34,872 nt of DNA from Candidatus Fervidifonticultor quintus (lineage in GTDB: Bacteria; Sysuimicrobiota; Sysuimicrobiia; Sysuimicrobiales; Humicultoraceae): NCBI GenBank assembly GCA_031459535.1, contig JAVKIJ010000029.1, positions 1-34,872 of the forward strand, read 5' to 3'. Positions 9,206-18,067 of this stretch are shown piece by piece. Position numbers and translations under genes: made by a program. Numbering within the stretch: position 1 is the stretch's first letter; each line of letters opens with the position of its first letter. Under the pieces are notes generated by a model. That model was not told the origin of the DNA and searched no databases. It was given only the letters and a program-made list of their open reading frames with translations.

Positions 9206-9218
9206 CAGGTCAGCACTG

Positions 9219-10721
9219 ATGGTTGCCAGGTCGCCTGCCGCCAGGCATGCGGTGCAGGTTCACGGGCTCGGGGGCCTCGGGGCACGCCTTGCTGCCGCGG
9301 TCCGCGCAGCCCGCGCCAGGGCGGACGCCGCCGGCCAGCCCGTCCTCGCGTGGACCGCGGCACGCATCGAGCCCATTGACCCCGTCGCCCTGTTCAGGTG
9401 GGCGCACGCCGGCGGGCACAATCCAATCCTCTGGGCGCAGCCGGCCGACGGCCGCAGCCTGGTTGGCCTTGAGCCGGCGTGGCGATTCTCGGCCAGCGGA
9501 CCCCAGCGGTTCGCCCTTGCCCGGGAGGCCTGGAGGGCCCTGGTGAGCACCGTCGAGCCTGCGGCGGTTGACCACGCCGCAACCGAATGGGGCGGCGCAC
9601 CGGTGGTAATGGGCGGGTTCGCGTTCGACGCCGACGGACCGGTGGGGCCGCAGTGGGAGGGGTTCGAGGCAGCGGAACTGGTGCTGCCGCGCGTGCTCGC
9701 GGCGACGTCAGAGGCCGGGCAGTATGTGCTCGCCTCGTGCGTCGTGCGGCCCGGCGACCCGGGCGAGGAAGATGCAGGGGACGCGCTGGCGACCATGGCG
9801 CTGGTGGACGACCTGCTGCGCGCAGAACTCGCTTGCGGCGGACAGGTCGGCGCGGCGACCGCGCCGGAGGGCGAGACCGCCGCCGCACGTGCGGCCGCGT
9901 GCGAAGAGCTGACGCCGGCCCAGACATGGAAGGCCCTGGCCAGAGACGCCGCGGAGGCGGTGCGGCGAGGGGAGCTCGCGAAAGTGGTGGTCGCGCGAGC
10001 GGTGGCGGTGCGCGGCGTCCGATTCGATGCCGCCCCCATCCTGCGTCGGCTCTGGGCCGACTATCCGACCTGCACGCTCTTTGCCGTCGCGCGCGGCGGG
10101 CGATGCTTCCTGGGTGCCACACCCGAGCGGCTCGCCGCGGTGCGGGGGCGCGCGGTCCGAGCCATGGGCCTGGCGGGCTCCGCGCCGCGTGGGGCTTCAG
10201 AAGAGGAAGACAGGCGCCTCGGTGATGCGTTGCTGGCCAGCACCAAGGACCGCATCGAGCACACCCTGGTTGTGGACGTGGTGCGCGAGGCGCTGGCGCA
10301 CGACTGCACATCGGTCTGGAGCGCGCCCAGCCCGTCCCTGCTCAAAGTCTCCAATGTCCAGCACCTGCACACGCCGATTGTCGCCACGCCGCGCGACGGC
10401 GCCACGCTGCTGGACCTGGTGGGGCGGTTGCACCCGACGCCCGCCGTTGGCGGGGTGCCCCGGGACGCCGCGCTGGCGTGGCTGCGGCGGCACGAGGGCC
10501 TCGATCGCGGATGGTACGCAGGCACCGTCGGATGGATCGACGGCCGGGGTGACGGTGAGTTCGCGGTCGCCATTCGCTGTGCGCTGCTCGGCGGGCGGGA
10601 GGCCGTGCTCTTCAGCGGATGTGGTATTGTCGCCGACTCCGACCCCGAGGCGGAGTACGCCGAGTCTCGGTTGAAGCTCCGGCCGATGCTGTCGGCCCTG
10701 GGTGCCAACGGGACGGCCTGA
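9219..10721 (+). CDS. menF: Isochorismate synthase
   Basis: KVVVAR, FLGATPERL, LAGS, KDRIEH, NVQHLHTPI, LHPTPAVGG, RGWYAG, GCGIVADS. First enzyme gene of the men operon. Confidence 0.9.
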   Translation: MVARSPAARHAVQVHGLGGLGARLAAAVRAARARADAAGQPVLAWTAARIEPIDPVALFRWAHAGGHNPILWAQPADGRSLVGLEPAWRFSASGPQRFALAREAWRALVSTVEPAAVDHAATEWGGAPVVMGGFAFDADGPVGPQWEGFEAAELVLPRVLAATSEAGQYVLASCVVRPGDPGEEDAGDALATMALVDDLLRAELACGGQVGAATAPEGETAAARAAACEELTPAQTWKALARDAAEAVRRGELAKVVVARAVAVRGVRFDAAPILRRLWADYPTCTLFAVARGGRCFLGATPERLAAVRGRAVRAMGLAGSAPRGASEEEDRRLGDALLASTKDRIEHTLVVDVVREALAHDCTSVWSAPSPSLLKVSNVQHLHTPIVATPRDGATLLDLVGRLHPTPAVGGVPRDAALAWLRRHEGLDRGWYAGTVGWIDGRGDGEFAVAIRCALLGGREAVLFSGCGIVADSDPEAEYAESRLKLRPMLSALGANGTA

Positions 10722-10737
10722 GGCAGGGCGGGCTGCC

Positions 10738-12543
10738 ATGATGCCCGAGAACGCCACGTACGCGTATGTCGGCGCCCTGGTGGACGAACTGGTGCGCCTG
10801 GGTGTCGAGCACCTGTGCCTGTGTCCCGGGTCGCGGTCGACGCCGGTGGCGTTGAGCGCCGCGCGCCATCCCGGCATGCGGATCTGGACGCTGATTGACG
10901 AACGGTCCGCGGCGTTCTTTGCCCTGGGGATGGCCCGCGGGCTGCGTGGCCCCGTGGCGCTGCTGTCAACCTCGGGTACGGCGGCGGCCAACTTCCTGCC
11001 GGCGGTCGTCGAGGCGCGCTACAGCCGCGTCCCGCTCATCGTGCTGACCGCCGACCGGCCCCACGAACTGCGGGAGAGCGGTGCGTCTCAAGCCATTGAC
11101 CAGGTCCGTCTGTACGGGACGCACGTTAAGTGGTTCCTCGACCTGGCGCTGCCTGAGGCGTCGGATGGGGCGCTGCGGTATGTCCGCACCGTCACCGGAC
11201 AGGCCGTGGCCATCGCCGCGGACGCGCCCTCCGGGCCGGTGCACCTCAACGTCCCGCTGCGCGAACCGCTGGTGCCGATCGCTGAGGCGGGTGGACTGCC
11301 GCCGGATCGCCGGTCCGGCCCGGCCTGGGAGGGGCGCGAGGCCGGCAGGCCGTACGCGGCCTGGTCCTCTGGGCTCCGTGCGCTGCAGCCCGATCTGATC
11401 AAGGAGCTGGCCGCGCTGCTTGGGGCACGGCCGCGGGGCGTGATCGTCTGCGGTCCGAGCGACGATCCCGTGCTCCCCGGCGCGGTCTCGAGACTGGCCG
11501 CAGCGCTCGGTTATCCCGTGCTCGCCGATCCGCTCTCGCAAGTTCGCTGCGGGCCCCACGACCGGCATTTCGTCATTGACGCCTATGATCCCGTGTTGCG
11601 CTCGCCGGGGGTGGCCGCGCGGCTGGCGCCGCAGGCGGTCGTCCGCTTCGGCGGGGTGCCAGCGTCAAAGCCCCTGTTGCAGTACCTAGAAATGCACGAT
11701 GCCGCGCACCAGGTGGTGATTGACGCCGGTGGCGGCTGGCACGATCCCATGCGGCTGGCAGCCCGGTTCGTTCACGCCGACCCATCGCTGCTCTGCCAGG
11801 CGCTGGCCGCCGCGCTGCCGACCACCGCACCCGGCAATGCTGCCTGGGCCGAGACCTGGCGCCGGCTGTCGGGCCTGGCGCGTGGAGTCCTGCAGGAGTG
11901 CCTCGAGCACGTGGCAGAGCCGTTCGAGGGCCGTGTGTTCTCCGAACTGGCGACGCTGTTGCCCGAGGGCGCCGTGCTGTACGTGGGCAATAGCATGCCG
12001 GTCCGAGACCTCGACTCATTCTTCCCGGGCTCACCGCGTGCGATCCGCGTCCTGGGCAACCGCGGTGCCAGCGGGATCGACGGGCTGGTCTCGAGCGCGC
12101 TGGGCGTGGCGGCCAGCGGCACCAGCCCCGTGGTGCTCGTGGTGGGCGACCTGGCGTTCTACCACGACATGAACGGCCTGCTGGCCGCGAAGCTGCACCG
12201 CCTGCGGGCGACGATCGTGCTGATCAACAACGACGGCGGCGGCATCTTCTCGTTCCTGCCGCAGGCCGACTACCCCGAGCACTTCGAGGCGCTGTTTGGA
12301 ACCCCGCACGGCCTAGAGTTTCGCTGGGCGGCGGAACTGTACGGCGCGGCGTTCGCGCGGGCGGACACGTGGGAGACGTTTCGCGCGCAGGTCCGTCAGG
12401 CGCTGGGGGCCGGAGGTCTGTCCATCGTGGAAGTGCGCACGAGGCGCGATCGCAACGTCATCCTCCACCAGGAGATGTGGGCCGCGGTAGACGCAGCGAT
12501 TCGCGGTGCCCTGTCCGCCCCGGCCGTGCGGGGGACTGACTGA
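10738..12543 (+). CDS. menD: SEPHCHC synthase (ThDP-dependent)
   Basis: CPGSRSTP, IDERSAAFFALG, TSGTAAANF, TADRPHEL, NRGASGIDG, GDLAFYHDMNG, NNDGGGIF, FGTPHG. Confidence 0.95.
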   Translation: MMPENATYAYVGALVDELVRLGVEHLCLCPGSRSTPVALSAARHPGMRIWTLIDERSAAFFALGMARGLRGPVALLSTSGTAAANFLPAVVEARYSRVPLIVLTADRPHELRESGASQAIDQVRLYGTHVKWFLDLALPEASDGALRYVRTVTGQAVAIAADAPSGPVHLNVPLREPLVPIAEAGGLPPDRRSGPAWEGREAGRPYAAWSSGLRALQPDLIKELAALLGARPRGVIVCGPSDDPVLPGAVSRLAAALGYPVLADPLSQVRCGPHDRHFVIDAYDPVLRSPGVAARLAPQAVVRFGGVPASKPLLQYLEMHDAAHQVVIDAGGGWHDPMRLAARFVHADPSLLCQALAAALPTTAPGNAAWAETWRRLSGLARGVLQECLEHVAEPFEGRVFSELATLLPEGAVLYVGNSMPVRDLDSFFPGSPRAIRVLGNRGASGIDGLVSSALGVAASGTSPVVLVVGDLAFYHDMNGLLAAKLHRLRATIVLINNDGGGIFSFLPQADYPEHFEALFGTPHGLEFRWAAELYGAAFARADTWETFRAQVRQALGAGGLSIVEVRTRRDRNVILHQEMWAAVDAAIRGALSAPAVRGTD

Positions 12544-13361
12544 TGGCGCGGTTTACCATTGACGGCGCGGCGATCAACGTGGAGACGGCCGGCGGCGGCC
12601 CGGCGCTGGTCCTGCTCCACGGGTTTGCGGGCAGCGCCGCGGGTTGGGCCGCGCACGCCGACGTATTCGCGCAGCGGTATCTGACCGTCGCCATTGACTT
12701 GGTGGGCCATGGGCTCTCGGATGCGCCAGCCGATCCCCGGCGGTACGGCATCGCCCACTGCGTGGAGGACACGCTCGGCGTGCTGGACCGCCTCCGGATC
12801 CGCCGGGCGGCTGTGCTCGGCTACTCGATGGGAGGCCGGGCCGCGCTGGCCCTGGCCATCGCCGCGCCCGAGCGGGTCGGTGCGCTGATCCTCGAGAGCA
12901 CGTCGCCGGGACTGCGCGACCCCGAGGTGCGCCTGGCGCGCGCGTCGGCCGACGCCCTGCTGGCCGACGCCATCGAACGGGACGGCATTCGGGCGTTCGT
13001 GGACGAGTGGGAGCGACTGCCGCTCTTCGACAGCCAGGCCGAGCTGCCAGAGCCTGCACGGCAGGCGCTGCGCGCTCAGCGCCTGCGCAACAGCCCGGTC
13101 GGTCTGGCCAACAGCCTCCGGGGGTTCGGGCAGGGCGTCATGATGCCCATGCACGACTTCCTCTCGCAGATCCACGCGCCAACCTTGATTGTGACCGGCG
13201 CGCTGGACCCCCGGTACTGCCAAGCGGGCCGCGAGATGGCCGAGCGCATCCCCGGCAGCCGTCTCGAGATCGTCGCCGGCGCGGGACATACCGTCCATCT
13301 TGAACAGCCGGAGCGCTTCCAGCAACTGGTCCTTGACTTCCTGGCCGGGGTGCGTCCCTGA
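12543..13361 (+). CDS. menH: SHCHC synthase (alpha/beta hydrolase)
   Basis: LLHGF, GYSMGG nucleophile elbow, [21 protein letters not shown] overlap with menD. Confidence 0.9.
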   Translation: MARFTIDGAAINVETAGGGPALVLLHGFAGSAAGWAAHADVFAQRYLTVAIDLVGHGLSDAPADPRRYGIAHCVEDTLGVLDRLRIRRAAVLGYSMGGRAALALAIAAPERVGALILESTSPGLRDPEVRLARASADALLADAIERDGIRAFVDEWERLPLFDSQAELPEPARQALRAQRLRNSPVGLANSLRGFGQGVMMPMHDFLSQIHAPTLIVTGALDPRYCQAGREMAERIPGSRLEIVAGAGHTVHLEQPERFQQLVLDFLAGVRP

Positions 13362-13393
13362 ACCATTCAGGCCAACGCCGAGGTGACACGGAG

Positions 13394-14224
13394 ATGCGGG
13401 TGATGTGGAAGAAGGCGGGAGACTACACCGACATCCTCTACGAGCACGGCGAGGGCGACGCGGCGGGCATCGCCAAGATCACCATCAACCGGCCCCACGT
13501 GCGCAACGCCTTTCGGCCCGAGACGGTGATGGAACTGGTGGACGCATTCACCCGCGCCCGCGACGACGGGAGCGTCGGCGTGATCCTGCTGACCGGTGCC
13601 GGGACCGAGGCGTTCTGCTCGGGGGGCGACCAGCGGGTGCGCGGGACCGGCGGCTATGTGGGGGGTGACCGGGTGTCGAGGCTCAACGTGCTGGACCTGC
13701 AGCGTCTGATCCGGATCATCCCCAAGCCGGTCATCGCCATGGTGGCCGGCTATGCCATCGGCGGCGGCAACGTGCTGGCCACGGTCTGCGACCTCACCGT
13801 GGCGGCGGACAACGCCGTCTTCGGGCAGACCGGCCCCCGGGTCGGCAGCTTCGATGCAGGCTACGGCTCCGCGTACCTGGCGCGCATCGTGGGGCACAAG
13901 AAGGCCCGGGAGATCTGGTACCTGTGCCGCCAGTACACCGCCCAGCAGGCCCTGGAGATGGGACTGGTCAACGTGGTGGTACCGCTGGACCAATTGGAGG
14001 CCGAGGCGGTGCAGTGGGCGCGCGAGATTCTGGACAAGAGCCCGTTGGCGATCCGTTTGCTGAAAGCGGCGTTCAATGCTGACACCGATGGCCTGGCCGG
14101 CCTGCAGCAGCTCGGTGGCGATGCCACGCTGCTGTACTACCTGAGCGATGAGGCCAAGGAAGGCCGCGATGCTTTCCTCGAGAAGCGGAAACCCGACTTC
14201 GGCAAGTTCCCCCGCTACCCGTAG
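13394..14224 (+). CDS. menB: 1,4-dihydroxy-2-naphthoyl-CoA synthase
   Basis: [53 protein letters not shown]. Confidence 0.96.
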   Translation: MRVMWKKAGDYTDILYEHGEGDAAGIAKITINRPHVRNAFRPETVMELVDAFTRARDDGSVGVILLTGAGTEAFCSGGDQRVRGTGGYVGGDRVSRLNVLDLQRLIRIIPKPVIAMVAGYAIGGGNVLATVCDLTVAADNAVFGQTGPRVGSFDAGYGSAYLARIVGHKKAREIWYLCRQYTAQQALEMGLVNVVVPLDQLEAEAVQWAREILDKSPLAIRLLKAAFNADTDGLAGLQQLGGDATLLYYLSDEAKEGRDAFLEKRKPDFGKFPRYP

Positions 14225-15110
14225 TGGGTCGTGGAAGGCGTGGGTGCTGGCCGCCCGCGTTCCCACGCTTACAGCCTCGATCTCGCCGGTGCTGGTGGGG
14301 ACGGCCGCCGCCGCCGGTGACGGCGTCTTTCACCCCCTTCCCGCCCTGGCCGCCCTCGTGGGCGCGGTGGCCATTCAGGTGGGCACCAACTACCACAACG
14401 ACGCGCTGGACTTCCTGCACGGCGCCGATTCCACCCAGCGCCGCGGACCGACCCGCGTGACCGCCGCGGGCTTGCTGCCGGCTCGATGGGTCCTGCTGGG
14501 ATCGTACGCGAGCTTCGGCCTGGCCGCACTCGCCGGTCTGTATCTGGTCGCGCTCCGTGGCTGGCCAGTCCTGGTCGCGGGGCTCCTCTCGATCAGCGCG
14601 GCGGTCGCCTATACGGCGAGCCCGCTTCGCCTGGGCTACCGGGGCCTGGGCGATCTGCTCGTTTTCATCTTCTTCGGCGTGGTGGCCGTGGTTGGCAGTG
14701 ACTACGTGCAGACCGGTGCGGTGCGCGCACCCGCGGCCCTGGCGTCGGTGCCCGTGGGCCTGCTGACCACCGCGATTCTCGTCGCCAACAACCTACGCGA
14801 CATTGAGACGGATCGCGCCGCCGGCAAGCGAACCCTGGCGGTGCGGGTGGGCGTTGCGGGGACGCGGGTCGAGTACGCGCTGTGCGTGGCCGTGGCGTTT
14901 GCGGTCCCGGGGCTCATGCGAGCGGCCGGTGCGGTCGGCGCGTGGTTCTGGCTGCCCTGGCTGGCGGCGCCGCTGGCCGCACTCCTGGTGTACGCGGTGT
15001 TCGTGCGCCACGACAGCCCCTCGCAGATCTGGGTGCTCAAGCGCACGGCCGGGCTGCTGCTGATCTTCAGCGTGTTGCTGGCGCTGGCGCTGGCACGCGG
15101 ACGGGGATGA
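14169..15110 (+). CDS. menA: 1,4-dihydroxy-2-naphthoate polyprenyltransferase
   Basis: WxxAARVPTL, [26 protein letters not shown]...GKRTLAVR, multiple TMs. Most plausible start is ATG 14169 (SD-like AAGGAAGG) inside menB; start uncertain. Confidence 0.9.
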   Translation: MLSSRSGNPTSASSPATRSGSWKAWVLAARVPTLTASISPVLVGTAAAAGDGVFHPLPALAALVGAVAIQVGTNYHNDALDFLHGADSTQRRGPTRVTAAGLLPARWVLLGSYASFGLAALAGLYLVALRGWPVLVAGLLSISAAVAYTASPLRLGYRGLGDLLVFIFFGVVAVVGSDYVQTGAVRAPAALASVPVGLLTTAILVANNLRDIETDRAAGKRTLAVRVGVAGTRVEYALCVAVAFAVPGLMRAAGAVGAWFWLPWLAAPLAALLVYAVFVRHDSPSQIWVLKRTAGLLLIFSVLLALALARGRG

Positions 15111-16645
15111 GCGGATCGCGCGGCGCCCGCCCGCCGTCGTGGATTCCAGACTGGTTGCGCCATCGGGCGACCGTCCATCCCGAACGACTGGCGCTGGTGG
15201 CGGTCGGAGAGCGCCTAAGCTTCGCCGACCTCGACCGTCGCGCCGACCGGGCGGCCCGGCGCCTGGCCGCCTCCGGGGTGGGAGCCGGCGTGCGCGTGGC
15301 GGTGCTGGCGCGGGCCGGTGCGGCCTTCGCCGTGCTGGCCCACGCCCTGCCGCGGATTGGCGCCGTGATGGTGCCGCTGAACGTGCGGCTCGCGCCGCCG
15401 GAGATCACCTGGCAAGTCACCGATTCACGGGCGGCATTCCTCCTCTACGAGGACGGCCTGGCAGACCTAGCCCGCACCGCATGCGGGGATCTGCCGGGCC
15501 TGACGTGCGTCCCTATTGCCACCATGGATTCCCACACAGTCGGGGACACGCCCGTGCCTGCCGCACAGGCGGAAGTGACGGGGCCGGTGCCCGGGCCGCT
15601 GCGCGACTGGATCGACCTCGCGGGGCTGCAGGGCATCATCTACACGTCGGCGACCTCGGGCCGGCCGAAGGGAGTGATGCTCTCCTTCGGCAACCACTGG
15701 TGGAGCGCGATCGGTACGGGGCTGCACCTGGGGCTCTCGCGCCACGACCGGTGGCTGGCGGTGCTACCGCTGTTTCACGTCGGCGGGCTGGCGATCCTGT
15801 GGCGCTGCGTCATCTATGGCATCCCCGCCATCGTGCACGAGGCGTTCGATCCGGCAGCCGTCAACCAGGCGATTGACGCCGAGGGCGTCACGCTGATCTC
15901 GGTGGTCAGCACCATGCTCGAGCGCATGCTCGACGAACGGGGCGGCAGGCCCTATCCGCCCACCCTGCGTTGCGTGCTGCTGGGCGGCGGACCCGCCCCA
16001 GGGCCCCTTGTGGAGCGGTGTCTGCGGCTGGGCGTGCCCGTAGCGCCGACCTACGGCCTGACCGAGGCGGCCTCCCAGGTGGCGACGATGCTTCCCGGCG
16101 AAGTGGCGGCGCGGCCGGGGGCCGCAGGCAAGCCGCTACCTCCCGCTGAGATCCGCATTGAGGATGAGGAGATCCTCGTGCGGGGACCGACCGTGATGCT
16201 GGGCTACGCCGGCCGTCCCGAAGAGACGGCCAGGACTCTGCGCGGCGGATGGCTGCACACCGGCGACCTTGGCCACCAGGATGCCGACGGCTACCTCTAT
16301 GTGCATGAGCGGCGCGATGACCTGATCATCACCGGCGGCGAGAATGTCTATCCCGCGGAGGTGGAGGCGGTGCTCCTGGCCCACCCTGGGGTCGAGGACG
16401 CCGGGGCGGTGGGCGTTCCGGACCAGCAGTGGGGCCAGGTCGTGGCCGTGGCGGTCAAGTGCCGGCCGGGCGCACGCCTCACCGCAGGCGAGGTGCGGGC
16501 CTTCTGCCGCACGCGGCTGGCAGGCTACAAGACCCCGAAGCACGTGTGGTTCGTCGACAACCTGCCGCGCTCACCGGCCGGCAAGCTGATCCGCAGGCTC
16601 TTGAGGGAGCAGGCTCCTGCGAGCGTGGAGCCTGAGGCGTGGTGA
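15107..16645 (+). CDS. menE: o-succinylbenzoate-CoA ligase
   Basis: YTSATSGRPKG AMP-binding motif, PLFHVGG, TYGLTEAASQV, LHTGDLG, GGENVYPAEVE. ATGA overlap with menA. Confidence 0.92.
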   Translation: MSGSRGARPPSWIPDWLRHRATVHPERLALVAVGERLSFADLDRRADRAARRLAASGVGAGVRVAVLARAGAAFAVLAHALPRIGAVMVPLNVRLAPPEITWQVTDSRAAFLLYEDGLADLARTACGDLPGLTCVPIATMDSHTVGDTPVPAAQAEVTGPVPGPLRDWIDLAGLQGIIYTSATSGRPKGVMLSFGNHWWSAIGTGLHLGLSRHDRWLAVLPLFHVGGLAILWRCVIYGIPAIVHEAFDPAAVNQAIDAEGVTLISVVSTMLERMLDERGGRPYPPTLRCVLLGGGPAPGPLVERCLRLGVPVAPTYGLTEAASQVATMLPGEVAARPGAAGKPLPPAEIRIEDEEILVRGPTVMLGYAGRPEETARTLRGGWLHTGDLGHQDADGYLYVHERRDDLIITGGENVYPAEVEAVLLAHPGVEDAGAVGVPDQQWGQVVAVAVKCRPGARLTAGEVRAFCRTRLAGYKTPKHVWFVDNLPRSPAGKLIRRLLREQAPASVEPEAW

Positions 16646-17400
16646 GCGGACGGACCGGGAACGGCGGCGGGGAGCTTGGCGGGCCGCCCGCCGAGCGGCG
16701 GCGGTGGGTGCGCGACGCCTTTCACAGCATCGCGGACCGCTACGACCTGCTCAACACTCTGCTCAGCGGTGGGATCCACATCCTGTGGAAGCGCGCAGCG
16801 ATTCGGGCCGCAGGGCTGCGGTCCGGCCAAAGGGGGCTGGACGTGTGCTGCGGCACAGGCGACCTAGTGGTGCGCATGGCCGAGGTCGTCGGCCCGGAGG
16901 GGCGGGCCATCGGTCTCGACTTCGCTGCGGGGATGCTGGACGTCGCCCGGCGGCGCGCCGCGAGGCGGGTGCGCTCGGGGGTCGCGCTCGTCTGCGGCGA
17001 CGCCGAGGCGATTCCGATCGGGGACCGCTCTGTCCACGCCGTAACGATCGCGTTCGGCCTGCGCAATGTGGCAGACCCCCCGCGCGCGCTGCGCGAGTTC
17101 CGCAGGGTGCTGCGCCCCGGCGGCCGCCTCGTGATCCTGGAGTTCGGCCGGCCGCGCTCGAGGCTGGTGCGGGGGCTCTACGATCTGTACTCGCGTGCGA
17201 TTGTTCCGAGGCTCGGAGGGTGGCTGTCGGGCCGGCGGGATGCCTACCAGTACCTCCACGACTCTATCAGGGCATGGCCTGACCCCGAAGTGCTCAGTCG
17301 CCTGATCGGTGAGGCAGGGTTCGGGAGCGTCCACTACAGACTCCTGACCGGCGGGATCGCGGTGCTGCACACTGCGGGGGATGAGCTGTTCGCCCCTTGA
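16642..17400 (+). CDS. menG: Demethylmenaquinone methyltransferase (UbiE/MenG)
   Basis: FHSIADRYDLLN, LDVCCGTGD, AFGLRNV, RVLRPGG, AYQYLHDSI. GTGA overlap with the menE stop. Confidence 0.92.
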   Translation: MSGRTGNGGGELGGPPAERRRWVRDAFHSIADRYDLLNTLLSGGIHILWKRAAIRAAGLRSGQRGLDVCCGTGDLVVRMAEVVGPEGRAIGLDFAAGMLDVARRRAARRVRSGVALVCGDAEAIPIGDRSVHAVTIAFGLRNVADPPRALREFRRVLRPGGRLVILEFGRPRSRLVRGLYDLYSRAIVPRLGGWLSGRRDAYQYLHDSIRAWPDPEVLSRLIGEAGFGSVHYRLLTGGIAVLHTAGDELFAP

Positions 17401-17425
17401 CTTATCGAACAAATGTTCGTATAAA
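17397..17425 (+). promoter_or_regulatory. Sigma-70 promoter of imuA-imuB-dnaE2
   Basis: TTGACT (17397-17402), 17-nt spacer, TATAAA (17420-17425), in an AT-rich patch within GC-rich DNA. Confidence 0.8.
17406..17419. promoter_or_regulatory. LexA (SOS/Cheo) box CGAACAAATGTTCG
   Basis: Matches the Firmicutes/Actinobacteria/Chloroflexi LexA consensus CGAAC-N4-GTTCG. Sits in the -35/-10 spacer upstream of a mutagenesis cassette. Confidence 0.92.
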
Positions 17426-17458
17426 TAGGGTGCCAGCTATCGTGGTGCCTGATCTGCC

Positions 17459-18067
17459 ATGGCGATTCACCCTCTTCCGGCCCGCCGCTTGCTCGATGTC
17501 CCCGAGCCCCGGCCCGCCCTCTGGACCCTGGCCGGGGTCGCGGGGCGTCTCGTTGAAGTCATTGGGGCTGAAGATTCCGCCGCCCTGACCCTGGTCGCCG
17601 GCCTCATCCTCGACGCCCAAGAAGAGGGCGAGCAGGTTGCCTGGATTGGCCCGACCGAGACATCCTTCTTTGTCCCCGACTTCTTCGAGAACGGCGTTGA
17701 TCTCAACGCGCTCGTGGTCGTGCGCGTGACCGATGCCCCAGCCTGCGCCCGGACGGCAGACAAGCTGCTCCGGTCGGGCGCGTTCGGCGTGGTCATCATC
17801 GACACCGGCGCCGACCCCCGCATCCCGGCCCCGCTGCTCGCACGCCTGGCCGCCCTCGCGCAGCGTGCCCATGCGGCCCTGATCTTCCTGACACAGCAAG
17901 CCGGCACATCCTCCCTCGGATCCCTGGTCTCCCTGCGCGTGCGGGCCCGGCGGCAGCGTCTCGCCGCCGATCGGTTCCGCTGCTGGCTCGAGGTCACCAA
18001 GGACAAACGGCGGGGGCCGACCTGGGGATACGAAGAGGTGTGCCGTGGAGCGCCTGGCATGCGTTGA
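17459..18067 (+). CDS. imuA: RecA-like mutasome accessory protein ImuA (degenerate Walker A)
   Basis: GRLVEVIGAEDSAALT (decayed GxxxSGKT), AQEEGEQVAWI, GVDLNALVVVR, LLRSGAFGVVIID. First gene before imuB-dnaE2. Confidence 0.82.
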   Translation: MAIHPLPARRLLDVPEPRPALWTLAGVAGRLVEVIGAEDSAALTLVAGLILDAQEEGEQVAWIGPTETSFFVPDFFENGVDLNALVVVRVTDAPACARTADKLLRSGAFGVVIIDTGADPRIPAPLLARLAALAQRAHAALIFLTQQAGTSSLGSLVSLRVRARRQRLAADRFRCWLEVTKDKRRGPTWGYEEVCRGAPGMR

